NCBI GenBank assembly: GCA_964016885.1
Contig: OZ024742.1
Span: forward strand, 199,206,001-199,270,000
From: Eledone cirrhosa
Lineage: Eukaryota
Direction: 5' to 3'
Length of the DNA stretch: 64,000 nt
Shown: positions 30,194 through 41,689 of the stretch, piece after piece
Position numbering within the stretch: the first letter of the stretch is position 1
How the letters are laid out: every line of letters starts with the position of its first letter
The notes under the pieces: model-generated
What the model saw: the letters and a program-made list of their open reading frames with translations, nothing else
Database searches by the model: none
Told to the model about the DNA's origin: nothing
Program-made: the position numbers and the translations under genes

Positions 30194-30562
30194 ATCATCA
30201 TCAACGTTTAACGTCCGTGTTCCACGCTTGCATGGGTTTGGACGGGGGTAGTCCCACTTGAGGCAAGAGTCATTGTCTTGCTCGCATAGGACTGTCTGGC
30301 AGGTTTTCTACAGTTGGATGCCCTTCCTAACACCAACCACATTTACAGTGTGGGTCTGGGAGGTTTTTACCGTGTTGCCTACACGGCCACATTACAGCGT
30401 GGACTGTGTGTTTTTTTGTCGTGACACCTACACGATCTCATTTGTTTCGGCCTGGATGGCGCGGCACCAACATAACTTTACATAGAACGGGGTGGTGTGG
30501 ATGGGGTGGGGGTGGTGGGACGGGGTGTATTTTGTTAGAGATGCCTACTGGCAAGGCGGGTC
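30194..30562 (-). mobile_element. RTE LINE subfamily B, 3' UTR-only copy
   Basis: Near-identical to 28570-28918. Confidence 0.93.
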
Positions 30563-30608
30563 GATATATATATAATCATGCATAAATATATATATATATA
30601 TAAAATCA

Positions 30609-30648
<40 letters not shown>

Positions 30649-30650
30649 CT

Positions 30651-30684
<34 letters not shown>

Positions 30685-30686
30685 CT

Positions 30687-30744
<58 letters not shown>

Positions 30745-30766
30745 CATGCATATATATATATAATCT

Positions 30767-30816
<50 letters not shown>

Positions 30817-30829
30817 TATAAAATCATGC

Positions 30830-30860
<31 letters not shown>

Positions 30861-30892
30861 CATGCATATATATATATATATATATATAATCA

Positions 30893-30928
<36 letters not shown>

Positions 30929-30933
<5 letters not shown>

Positions 30934-31650
30934 TAGAAAGATCGAGTATCGAAAAATCGGCGCACGAGTTCACGATAAACGAAATTCGATATGAGCGGCA
31001 GAGGGCTCAATAATTCAGATGAATCAGAGCTATAACTATCGTTAAAATACCGTCACATATAGAACAAGTCTACAATCAACCATACGATTTAAAATCGATA
31101 AAGGAAGATTCGGGCCAAACAGATAAAAAATATCAATAAAACAATACGTCAATAATTTAAATGAATGTAAAATCATACCCGGACCCACTAGACAGGTGTT
31201 AAATCTAGCTTCATGGGTTTCTGTAAATCCTTAGACTGTACTCTATCAGCTCACATATAAATATAAAAGCCTACTAGAGTAAGTGGAACGGAGGTTTACT
31301 TTATCATCGAGTTTTTTCCTGGCGGCAGAGGAGCCAACTACCAGTGAAAAACGCACATGGCATTAGACAAGGGAGATGACCCCTATATCCGCGAAAACAA
31401 TTCGAGTGAATGTGGAAATACACATATCGAATTAGAGTGCTCAATAGACATGTTAAAATAAAACAAAAGCTATTCATCACTCAATAGAATCGACAAAAAA
31501 TGAGCAATAAAATTAACTGGTGGATAGCTATGTCCAGAGCTAAATATATTAGAAAGATCGAGTATCGAAAAATCGGCGCACGAGTTCACGATAAACGAAA
31601 TTCGATATGAGCGGCAGAGGGCTCAATAATTCAGATGAATCAGAGCTATA
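30929..31650. mobile_element. DR-B: unclassified non-coding ~720-bp element with ~105-bp terminal direct repeats
   Basis: TATATTAGAAAGATCG...GAATCAGAGCTATA at 30929-31034 and 31544-31650. (TA)n on both sides; no TG..CA ends. Confidence 0.7.
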
Positions 31651-31674
31651 TATATATATATATATATATAATCA

Positions 31675-31720
<46 letters not shown>

Positions 31721-31722
31721 CT

Positions 31723-31763
<41 letters not shown>

Positions 31764-32045
31764 TGCATATATATATATATATGTTTCTTTTATTTGCCAC
31801 TAGGGCATCAAAAGTGGGACAAGTACAAAGGGGGGAGTTTACACAAAAAGGCGTCCTCAATAAGGAGGAGGCAATAACAAAATATAAAAATAAAATAAGA
31901 TATAACAAAAAATAAAATTTTTAACAAAATCCTCAATAGAGAGGAGGCGCCTTGGGGGGTCGCACACACCCCCGAAAAAAGTGTGCAACCCTTCTCCTCG
32001 GGAGCACAGAGAAGGGGTGCTCCCTTGGTCTTTCATCTTCCTCAC

Positions 32046-35000
32046 CTATAGTCTGATGTAGAGTGAAGGCCCATTCACACGGGCCATTCTCGCCACTTTC
32101 ACCCATCTTTCATAGAAACGGCTGGGGTGCAGCACCTCTCTCTCCATCCTGATCCTTCTTCCGAAATGATATCGGAAGAAACGGACCAGTTGTTGGCCAG
32201 AGAGAAAGGTGCCTGACCTCAGTCCTTTCAGACGCGTCCACCATACAACCTCTTTCGCCATGGCTATTACGCACAGAAACACCGCCTCTGCTTCATCTTT
32301 GAAGGGGGGAGGCAGCTTGATCATTACAATAGACTCGGTGGTCAACCGGATCGGTCCCACCCTTGACAGCAGTTGTTCGACATAGCCCCACAGATCGGCT
32401 ACGCCCGAGCAGTGTACCAATGCGTGTGCAACGGTTTCCTCGTCGCACACGCATCTGGGACAGATCTTTTTGGCGGGGTCCCTACCCGGGCGCCCGTGTC
32501 TGTAGAGCCTTTCTCGAACGGGTAAAGCCCCTCGGTAGCACTGCCAGGCCAGGGACTTCTGGAAGTTGTCCATAGGTCTCGGGCTGAATGTCCTACCGAA
32601 CAGGCTGGCCAGTTCGTCCTCCTCCATGTCTAGGGCTTCTCCGAGAGTGTCGTCGCACCTGCTGCGTACCAGCCCTCTATAGAATGTTGCGGTGGAGTCT
32701 CCACTGATAACCGGATCCGCCTGCCAGAGGGCGGTGAGCGCCTGGGCACACTCAGTGTGCCAGGCGCCCAGTTTTCTCGGTCTTTGCTTGACCCAGGATT
32801 GCAGCTCGGTGAGTGAGACGAGTCTGGGAAAGGTTCGTCTCACAAACGAGGCCCACACCGGTTGTCCGGTGAGGAATACGTAGAGGTGCCGTAGCCTTAA
32901 TGCGTGTTTACGCATCATTAGCCACGGCATCCCCAGCCCTCCTTTCGAAGGGTGTTGACAGCAGATGGATCTCCTCACCATAGGAGCCCGCCTCTTCCAA
33001 AGGAATTGGAAGAGCGCGCGCTCCATCTTGGTGAGGGTTTCCCTTGGGCAGGGCACTACGGTCAGGCGGTAGTAGATGACGGACGCTATGTAGGTGTTCG
33101 CCACCTCCGCCCGACCTTTCAGGGATAGTTTGCAACTGGCCCACTTCTGGGTCAGTGCAAACACCCTGTTCGTAACCTCCGCCCAGTTTTTCTCCACCTG
33201 GAGGTCCGGTCCGAACCAGACCCCGAGCAACTTCACCGGGCCCTCCATCCAGCATCCGACGACGCCATCGGAGGGCATCGGTCTGCCCCTCAACGTGCCG
33301 AGTTGCAAACCGATCGACTTGTCCCGGTTCAGCTTAGCCCCTGTGAACTTTTCGTACTCCTCCAGTAAGGTGCCGACCGCCTCGATTTCGGAGGCCGTCG
33401 ACACCATTACTGTCACGTCATCGGCGTAGGCCGACACCGCTTTCCGCAATCCCGGTTCCAAAGGGATGCCCTGCAACAACTCCAACTTCTGCAGTAGTGG
33501 CTCGAGAGTCAACACATACAGAAGGGAGGAGAGAGGCCACCCTTGTCGGATGGACCGCGCGATTTTGAACGGCTCCGAGAGGTAGCCGTTCACCTTGACC
33601 CTAGAGCAGATGCGGCTGCTGTGCATAGCAGTGATCCAGCCCCTGAAAACGGGTCCGAAGCCTGCCGCCGCTAGCACCGCATCCAGGTAACCATGGTCGA
33701 CCCTATCGAACGCCTTAGATTGATCCAAGTTGATCAGAGCCCCACCAAAGCCGGGTTCGTTCCCAACCCTCTCTATGATGTATCGCATGAGGTGGAGGTT
33801 GTCATGGATGGACCTGGACGGGATAGCACATGTCTGCGCATCTCCAACCAGGTTGCCCACGACAAGCGCCAACCTCTTTGCTAGCACCTTGGCCAAAATC
33901 TGTAACTCTGTATTTAGCAGTGTTATGGGCCTGAAGTTACTTATTTCGTCCCCCTTGTTCTCGTCCTTCCTCACTAGCGTGATTACGCCCTTGGTCACAG
34001 TACAGGGAATTCTCCCGTTCTGTTGCCAGTTGCAGTAGACCGCCTCGAGGAGATCGGGGAACAAGTCCGGCATAGCTAGATATAATTCGTAAGGAAGACC
34101 ATCGAGACCCGGGGATTTGCGTTTGCCGCATTGGCTCAGCATGTCCTCTATCTCAGCGGCCGAAATCGGCTCCTCGCAGGACTTCGCCTCCCTGTCCGAG
34201 AGGCGCGGCAGGCCGTCGAGGTATGGACCGAAGTCCACGTTCCCAACCGGCTCCCCGCCCCTCCCGAACAGTCGGGCAAAGTGCCTTTGAAAGGCCTCAC
34301 ACATCTGCTTAGGCTCAAGAATCGCCCGTGAATCCAGGTCTCGCAATGACCAGATGGTGGATTTAGTTCCACTGTTGGCCTCTGTCACGCGGGCCCAGCT
34401 AACAGCTTTGGTCCCCTCGTTCCCTAGAGCACGTATTTTACTTCGGACAACGCAGCCTTCGTGCTCCGCGTCGAAAAACTGGCTCAAAGCCATTCTCGAC
34501 GCTAGCACTCTGGCCACGTCGCCGCTTCTAATTGCCTCTTCTACTCTATCTATTAGCTCCCTTTCCTTCCTATTCCTATCCGCAGCTAGAACCTTACTAA
34601 ATTCTATCGAGACTACTCTAATCTCTCTCTTTAGAGATACCCACCACCTGCTGTTGACGATCGCTCCAGTCAACCGTTCCTTAACTAACGTACTAATCCG
34701 ATTCCTGTAGGCTCGACTTGCCGGCAAGGACAAGTTGAGCTTCCAGTAACCAGGGCCCTGTCTATGAGTTCTGTCAAGGTTGACCATGCAGGTCACTAAT
34801 TTGTGGTCTGAATAGCCAACCATGCGCATTTTTGGACAACTTAAAAAGTCCTTATCCTTAATTCTAACTAAGAACCTATCTAGGTACGACCTAGATGATC
34901 CGCTACGATTTGCCCAAGTCCAGGTTGGCGCAGTCGGAAAATCTAGTCGATATCTATCGGCCAGGTCAAATCGACCGATTAACCCTTTGAGGCTATTACA

Positions 35001-35483
35001 CCCCTCTCTATCGGGGCAGGCCCCTACATAGTCCCAGCGTGCATCTAGGATACCATTCCAGTCCCCCACTAATAGCAAGGAGCGGGACGTCCCTAGAAAA
35101 GTCTCCAGACGATGGAAGAAGTCCGGCCGCATTGACCCGAAAGGGCCGTAGGCGGCTACCAACCTAAACGCTCCGCCTTTACTACTGCCAAGGTCCAGAA
35201 CCACTAGTCGACCCTCCGGGTCCAAATGTACCATCTGTGTTGCGAGACCCAGATGTTTTTGCAGCAGAACGACAACTCCACCCCCACCTCCGGGCTGACA
35301 GAGAGATGCGTGCATCTCAAAGTCATCAAAGGTGGGGGCCAGCTGTCGCACGTTGCTGATCCGGGCCTCGCAAATAACCATCACATCTATACGTTGTGAC
35401 CTGAGGTCATTTAGAAGCATTGCTTGCTTCCAAGTTGAGCCCAGGCCACGCGCATTTAAACAGCCTACTCTTAGCATAGCCAT
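32046..35483 (-). CDS. Tx1 ORF2: APE endonuclease + reverse transcriptase + C-terminal CCHC
   Basis: MAMLRVGCLNARGL, GDWN, SYLDRF, SDHK, GPGYWKLN, KSPGLDG, FRPITLLN, DQSKAFD, AYADD, CPRC..EETVAHALVHC. First ATG at 35483. Confidence 0.95.
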   Translation of the reverse strand: MAMLRVGCLNARGLGSTWKQAMLLNDLRSQRIDVMVICEARISNVRQLAPTFDDFEMHASLCQPGGGGGVVVLLQKHLGLATQMVHLDPEGRLVVLDLGSSKGGAFRLVAAYGPFGSMRPDFFHRLETFLGTSRSLLLVGDWNGILDARWDYVGACPDREGCNSLKGLIGRFDLADRYRLDFPTAPTWTWANRSGSSRSYLDRFLVRIKDKDFLSCPKMRMVGYSDHKLVTCMVNLDRTHRQGPGYWKLNLSLPASRAYRNRISTLVKERLTGAIVNSRWWVSLKREIRVVSIEFSKVLAADRNRKERELIDRVEEAIRSGDVARVLASRMALSQFFDAEHEGCVVRSKIRALGNEGTKAVSWARVTEANSGTKSTIWSLRDLDSRAILEPKQMCEAFQRHFARLFGRGGEPVGNVDFGPYLDGLPRLSDREAKSCEEPISAAEIEDMLSQCGKRKSPGLDGLPYELYLAMPDLFPDLLEAVYCNWQQNGRIPCTVTKGVITLVRKDENKGDEISNFRPITLLNTELQILAKVLAKRLALVVGNLVGDAQTCAIPSRSIHDNLHLMRYIIERVGNEPGFGGALINLDQSKAFDRVDHGYLDAVLAAAGFGPVFRGWITAMHSSRICSRVKVNGYLSEPFKIARSIRQGWPLSSLLYVLTLEPLLQKLELLQGIPLEPGLRKAVSAYADDVTVMVSTASEIEAVGTLLEEYEKFTGAKLNRDKSIGLQLGTLRGRPMPSDGVVGCWMEGPVKLLGVWFGPDLQVEKNWAEVTNRVFALTQKWASCKLSLKGRAEVANTYIASVIYYRLTVVPCPRETLTKMERALFQFLWKRRAPMVRRSICCQHPSKGGLGMPWLMMRKHALRLRHLYVFLTGQPVWASFVRRTFPRLVSLTELQSWVKQRPRKLGAWHTECAQALTALWQADPVISGDSTATFYRGLVRSRCDDTLGEALDMEEDELASLFGRTFSPRPMDNFQKSLAWQCYRGALPVRERLYRHGRPGRDPAKKICPRCVCDEETVAHALVHCSGVADLWGYVEQLLSRVGPIRLTTESIVMIKLPPPFKDEAEAVFLCVIAMAKEVVWWTRLKGLRSGTFLSGQQLVRFFRYHFGRRIRMEREVLHPSRFYERWVKVARMARVNGPSLYIRL

Positions 35484-35507
35484 GTTGGTGGTGAAGAGAA
35501 AAGGCAC

Positions 35508-37292
35508 TTACCTCTCTGCGTCCCGGGTATCGGGCTGCACAATTTCCATTAGGGTGGGGGATGGGTTGTTGGGTGGGGTGGTGGTTTGTGGAAGTGTGGG
35601 GGCATCTGTGTGTTGTGTGGTTGGGGAGCTTGGAGTTGTGTGGGTGTTTGGGGAGGGGGTGGGATAGTTTTTTAGGAGGACGCGGTTAATGGGCCCGACG
35701 CAGGGGGGACCCACGTCCTCTTTAAAATTGTTTTTTAAAGTTTTATAGGTGTCCTGTGGGGCCTTAATCATTTTGAGGTGGGGGAAATCCCCTGCCTGGG
35801 TGAAGTTAGGCCCTTGTGTTTTTATTAGATTGTTGTTGTACACAATGTTTAACAGTTTTTTGTTTCTTGTATTTATGTATGTGTATGCATGTTTTTGTTT
35901 TTGTGTGGTGTTTTTTGTTTGCTGTTGTTGTGAGCTCTTTTGTGTTGGTGTCAGTGTTATGTTTTGGGGAGGGGTTTTTTTCATTTGTGTGTCTGAGGTG
36001 TGTTTTCTTTTTTTTCTTTTGATTGTGTGGAAGTGCTCCTCCTCGTCTGACGACGAACTAGGGTCATCTTCCGCGTTGGAGGGGAGGGGTATATTTTCGG
36101 GTTGTGTTTGCGGTACGGGTGTTTTGGAAATTGTTTTTGTTTTTTGAGTGGAGGGGATGGGTTGGACATTGTTTTGTTTTGGTTTGAGCTGTGGTGGTTG
36201 TTTTTGTAGTGGTAGTTGTGGTGATTGTGTTGGTTGTGCAGTTGTTGGTGGTGTAGGCAGGATTGGGGTTTTCTTATTAAGTTGGGGACAGACAGCCCTC
36301 AGGTGACCTCTGGTTCCGCAGAGGTAACACGAGGGCCGTCTACCCTCAACGGTAATGTTGATGAAGGTTAGATCATCCAGTATGACGCGTTCAGGGATCT
36401 GGGCAATCCTTTCGGGCCTCATTTGAACTACAAGTTTGAGGCTCGTTCCACTGAACGCGTCACCCGATGCCTTTCCCATGGACACCAGCATGTCATCCTC
36501 CAGGTCCAGAAAACCTGTCAAAACCCACCATATGTCCATAATCGGCAGGATGGTGTGGATTTTTATTTTTTGTGTTCTTCTACCCATGTATGTAGGGTAG
36601 AAGGTGTATGCGGTGGATGTGATTGGTTTGATGGACAGTTTCACTGCTGTGTCCCTGTCCTTCATGAGAATGGATAGACTCCCGTAGAGTCTATCCTTCT
36701 GAATGAAGGTGATGTCCTTCATGACGTCTTTTAAAACCAGCCCTATCTCGCTCTGTGATGGTTGAGCTGGTTTTTTACTTTTGTTCGAGATTGTCCTAAA
36801 CATGACCGTGTTTAGGAGTCTCTGGCTTTTTAGTTCCGGGGGGGAATGGATTGTGAATGAACCATTTTCCCCGTACACTATATATTTTTTCGCATCCGCC
36901 AGTAGTTCCTTCGCTTTTGTTATATCTACTGGCAGATAGTCGAGGGTTTTCCTTGTCGTCTCGGCGAAGGAGAAATTTTGTTTGTTCGTGTTGTTGTTGT
37001 CGTTGGTGGTGGTGTTGTTATCATTTTTGTTGTTGTCACCGTTATTGGTCTTGTTGTTGTTATTGTTATTGGTGTTGTTTTCGTCCGTCGCATTGTTGTT
37101 GTTGTTGCTGTTGCTGCTGGTTCTTTGGGTTGTTGCCATGGCAACGTCAAGTTGTCGGTTAACAGGTGGAGAGAATTCTTCCTCTGGCTGACCTTTCTTC
37201 TTGACCTCTGCTACTGTGACAGTGGCAGGGGGAAGCTGTAAGTTCATCTTCCCCTTTCCTCCTTCGAATTTTGGTGAAGAAGCTTCGGCCAT
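35508..37292 (-). CDS. Tx1 ORF1 (gag-like, zinc knuckle)
   Basis: 594 aa from ATG. CYLCGTRGHLRAVC (CX2CX4HX4C), Asn-rich N-terminus, Pro/Gln/Thr-rich C-terminus, basic KRKKRKH patch. Confidence 0.9.
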   Translation of the reverse strand: MAEASSPKFEGGKGKMNLQLPPATVTVAEVKKKGQPEEEFSPPVNRQLDVAMATTQRTSSNSNNNNNATDENNTNNNNNNKTNNGDNNKNDNNTTTNDNNNTNKQNFSFAETTRKTLDYLPVDITKAKELLADAKKYIVYGENGSFTIHSPPELKSQRLLNTVMFRTISNKSKKPAQPSQSEIGLVLKDVMKDITFIQKDRLYGSLSILMKDRDTAVKLSIKPITSTAYTFYPTYMGRRTQKIKIHTILPIMDIWWVLTGFLDLEDDMLVSMGKASGDAFSGTSLKLVVQMRPERIAQIPERVILDDLTFINITVEGRRPSCYLCGTRGHLRAVCPQLNKKTPILPTPPTTAQPTQSPQLPLQKQPPQLKPKQNNVQPIPSTQKTKTISKTPVPQTQPENIPLPSNAEDDPSSSSDEEEHFHTIKRKKRKHTSDTQMKKTPPQNITLTPTQKSSQQQQTKNTTQKQKHAYTYINTRNKKLLNIVYNNNLIKTQGPNFTQAGDFPHLKMIKAPQDTYKTLKNNFKEDVGPPCVGPINRVLLKNYPTPSPNTHTTPSSPTTQHTDAPTLPQTTTPPNNPSPTLMEIVQPDTRDAER

Positions 37293-37513
37293 TTAAAAAA
37301 ATATTGACTTTTCAACAAGAAAAAACTTTTTTTTTTGTTTAACTATTTCGCCTAAAGGCGTAGAATATTTTGAGAGACTGACCAGATCAAAGTTTGACCT
37401 GGCAGTCCCTCTACAAAATGGTACAAAAATTAAAGTTATCAGACAAGAATTTCTATAGAAATTTAAACAGAACTTACTCAGCAAGTTATACGCGTGTGTC
37501 CATCCCAGAGATA

Positions 37514-37554
<41 letters not shown>

Positions 37555-37556
37555 CA

Positions 37557-37590
<34 letters not shown>

Positions 37591-37592
37591 CA

Positions 37593-37632
<40 letters not shown>

Positions 37633-37634
37633 CA

Positions 37635-37684
<50 letters not shown>

Positions 37685-37732
37685 CATGCATAAAGAACAA
37701 AGGAACTATTATGACATTATAACAAGTTTACT

Positions 37733-37777
37733 GCCGACAGCCGTTTCGTCCGACCATATGGTGGGACTTTTCAAGGC
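37733..37777 (-). ncRNA. Hammerhead variant with U3-A8 core (UUGAAAA)
   Basis: GCC-TTGAAAA-GTCC C ACCATATGGT C GGAC-GAA-AC GGCT GT-C^GGC. Confidence 0.65.
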
Positions 37778-37989
37778 CTATAACAGGTGATTGTAAGTTC
37801 ATTATTTACAATACTTTTAATGTTCTCATCATTATTAACTTCAGTCATTTTTGTTTCGTAATTTTATTTACATTATTCTCAAAATTCAGAGCTGGAAATC
37901 ATTGTTATTCAAAATAGAATATTAGTCTGATTTTTTTAATAGCATAAATGTGTTTTTGTCTTTGCAAGAGATTGTTCTTATCGCTCCAC

Positions 37990-38180
37990 ATAATGACGTA
38001 ATCATCCTCGCATATTTTTCGTCCATCGCCAGAGAATGTCTTCACAAACCAATGTATCATCTTCCTGTTTTCCTTCAGTTGTAACATTTTTAAAAATATT
38101 TACTTCTGCATCTACAGATTGTTTTTTCAGAAGATCCCGTAAAAGGATGAAAGCAGCGATTCTTTGCTTAAACTTTAATA
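37990..38180 (-). repeat. Unclassified interspersed repeat (diverged inverted copy at ~48345-48540)
   Basis: Shared TTAAAGTTTAAGCAAAGAATCGCTGCTTTCA...GAAGGAAAACAGGAAGA...GGTTTGTGAAGAC. Confidence 0.7.
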
Positions 38181-38240
38181 TGTACATATAAATATTGGCT
38201 CTACAGGTTTTTTATATAAATATATATATATATATATTTT

Positions 38241-41200
38241 ATCATCATCATCATCATCGTTTAACATCCATCTTCTACGCTAGCATGGTTTAGACGGGAG
38301 TTGTGCCACTTGAGGCAAGGTTGGTCGGGTGACCCTGTCTCGGTCATATAGGACTATCTGGCAGGCTTTCTACGGCTGGATGCCTTTCCTAACATACATC
38401 AACTACATTTACAGTGTGGAACTGGGAACTTTTTACTGTGGTACCTACACGGCCACATTACAGCGTGGACTGTGTGTTTTTTTTTGACACCTACACGATC
38501 TCAATCTCATTATCTCATTGACATGGACTGTATGTTGTGGTACCAACTTTACAGAGAGGTTGGTGGGAGTGGGAGGATAGGGTAGGGGTAGTGGATTGGG
38601 GTGTATATTTGGTTAGGAAGTGCGTACTGACTATAGGTTTCGTTTTGTACATAGGCAAGGCGGGTCTTCTGTATTACTGCATAGCGCCAAAGATCTCGGT
38701 CCAGTGACATTGTCTTAGAGAAGTGCAAATGTGTAAGGTCGGAATTTATCAGATCGTCCCAGGCTTTTCTGGGTCTACCTACTCCGTAACTACCATCAAA
38801 TTTGATCGCCCTGCACTTTTTTATGCAGCTGTCATCTTCCATGCGCATCACGTGACCATACCAACGCAGTCTTCTCTCAAATAAACAGCATCTGATCCCT
38901 CTTATTCCTAATTTCTCACTTAGTTCATTTATGCTTTGCCGTTCACGTATATTACTATTACACATCCAACAGAGCATGCATGCTTCGTTCCTTTCCAGTC
39001 TGCGCAGGTCCTCTGCACGTAATGCCCATGTCCCACTGCCATGTAACATTGTTGTTCGTATACAGGCATCATACAATCTGCCTTTCATTTTTAGAGAGAA
39101 ACCTTTTGTGGCCAACAGCGGTATAAGCTCTCTGAACTTTTTCCATCCCGTTCTGACTCTGGCTACCGTACTTTCAGAACACCCTCCACCACTGCTAATT
39201 TTGTCACCGGGCAATCGAAGGAGCTAGTATCCTGTGGACACTTTCTACTTATTGCACCTGAGCATTGGCCACATATAAAGTCTACGTTCTTAGACAGTTT
39301 ACCTGTGATCCCACTACATCTTTTATGTACCCATACTTTGCATTTGGGACATAAAATGGAATTTCTGCCTACTCCTTTCCTACACACTGAGCATGGCCAT
39401 TTTCCTGAGGGCACCTGTGCCCTATTTTCCTTTCTACAAACTAGAACTTTAGTCTTAGACAAGTTAACTTTAAGGCCTTTTGATTCTAGGCCATGTTTCC
39501 ATGTTTGGAATTTCTTCTCTAGTTCAGCCATTGATTCAGCTATGAGCGTTAGATCATCTGCGTATAGGAGTTCCCATGGGCAGCTGGTCTTGAACGCCTC
39601 TGTTATAGCCTGAAGGGCAATAATAAATAGGAGGGGGCTAAGGACTGAGCCTTGATGAATCCCAACTTTTACACTAAATTCTTCACAATACTCATTGTTA
39701 ATTCTAACCTTACTGACTGTTTCATTATACATAGCTTGTATAGCTCTCACAAGCCATTCATCTACACCTAGTTTTCTAAGAGCCCACCAGATAGGCTTTC
39801 TCCAGGTCTACAAAAGCTAAGTAGCTAGGTACTTTTCTTGTAGTTGACATACAAGGAAAAGAGCGTCTGTAGTACTTTTACCTGACACAAACCCAAACTG
39901 CATTTCATCTAGATCAATTTGCTCTCTGATTAGTTGTGCTATAACTCTTTCTGTGAACTCATGACCTGGTCAACTAACTTAATGCCTCTATAGTTTCCCC
40001 TATCTAGAGCATCCCCTTTACTCTTGTAGCAGTTAATGATGATGCTGCTATGCCAGTCTTTCAGTATGACCCCATTCTGTATTACTTGGTTAACTATACG
40101 GGTAACCATAGTGTGTCCCACCATACCAGATGCCTTCAACATCTCAGCAACTATCTCCGAAGGCCCAGCTGCCTTGCCTATCTTCATATCTTTTAATGCC
40201 TTACTTATTATACTACCTTTAACTTGCACTGCTGGTCTTTCTATTGGATCGATTTGGGGCAGACTATCTTTTTCCCATTTATTCTCCTCATTTAATAGTC
40301 TCTCGTAGTGACACTTCCAGGCTATCTACTTATCAGCATCAGTGAGCGCAAGTACACCATTATCATTACGGACACACTTCTTCCCGACAATATCACGGTT
40401 TTCCTTTGGTCCTCACGTTGTAGAACACAGGTTCTCAACCCATTTAGGCCAAACGCCCCCTTTTGTCCCTCGAAATCACGAAACGCCCCCCCCTCCCTAT
40501 TTTTCCATTTTTCAATATACTACTGATTTTTATATCAGTAGATTACTAAAAAATTGATTAACAATATTCCAAAGATGTGTGTATTATCTGATTGTGTTGC
40601 ATGTGGTCCTAGATGTGAGTGCTACTCGCTTCTGTTTTTTCTTTTCTTTTTTTTTATTTGTAATATTATTTATACAATAGGGAATAAAATAGATCTACAT
40701 AGTGTTAACTTGTTATGGTTGAGTCAATAATTTCAGACATGAAATACATTGTTATCGGTGAAGGAAAGATAAGATTCTAACTGGCTGCGCTCAAAGTGTC
40801 TTTGACCCAGTTGACTGTGGTTTTTTCCATTTTTAGGATCTCAATTACCGGACTCACCTGCTCACAGCTGTGGTCAGACTATAGTTATGCTGTCTGCAAG
40901 CTCATTCAAATGCATTCACACTGGCTGTCTCAAAGACATACAAATATGGCTTATAAAAGTTACCAAAATAAAGAGCCTTCCAGCGCCCCCTCAATCCCCC
41001 TCCCCCAGCTCCAAACGCCCCCTAACGTGACCTTGCTCCCAAACGCCTCCCTGGAGTTCCGAAACGCCCCCCCCCAGGGGGGGTGCATATGCCCCCCCCC
41101 CCCCCCCCCGTTGAGAACCTTTGTTGTAGAACATGCTTGAACTTTCTATCCTCTGCTTCCCTTTTTGCAAGGTACACTTGTCTCCTAGCTTCTCTCCTGG

Positions 41201-41656
41201 CCACTTGATAGTGCTCTCTACTTCCCCCATTCTGCCATACTTTCCAAGCCTGCTTTTTGGCCTTGATTGTCTCTTCCACCACCAAGTTACTCCCCTCCTG
41301 CCAATAGGTCTGCTCCAGCCACAGATTTCATCCGTTGCTTTCAGCAGGTTCACTTTCAAGAATTGACGCTGTTCCTCTATATCGCACATCTCTAATTGCT
41401 CTTCCTTATTGTCAAAGGCATCAAGTAATAAGCTTTTAAATTTGTCACTGGCTTTGGGGTCCTTCAACTTCCATATTCTTCTCCTCAAGGTTGGCCTCCT
41501 CTGTCGTCGAGTACGTCTATTTCTGACTATGAGGTCACTAACTACTAGGCTATGTTGGGAGGTGCATTCTTCACGGGGGAGGAATTTAGTGTTTACAACA
41601 GACACTTTGTCCCGTCTTCTAGTAAGGACAGACACTTTGTCCCATCTTCTAGTAAT
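38241..41656 (-). mobile_element. Older RTE LINE (subfamily C), decayed and interrupted by a MITE
   Basis: (ATC)n tail at 38241. RT pieces in several frames (YADD within 39163-39750), with deletions. Confidence 0.92.
40426..41123. mobile_element. Non-autonomous hAT (Charlie-like) MITE
   Basis: TIRs CACAGGTTCTCAAC / GTTGAGAACCTTTG, exact 8-bp TSD TTGTAGAA, subterminal AAACGCCCCC repeats. Confidence 0.9.
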
Positions 41657-41689
41657 ATACATATATATATTTATAGATGATGATGATAT

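Larger units (their letters stand above)
31783..37516 (-). mobile_element. Full-length Tx1-like (L1 clade) non-LTR retrotransposon
   Basis: ~220-nt 5' UTR, two open ORFs, and a ~260-nt 3' UTR ending AATAAAAGAAAC directly into (AT)n. The same satellite variant lies on both flanks. Confidence 0.93.

Noticed and set aside
30955-31000. Possible hammerhead in the DR-B repeat (..GTTCACGATAAACGAAATTCGATA..)
   Set aside because: A GAAA and a short stem III are present, but there is no CUGANGA-type core and stem I is poor.
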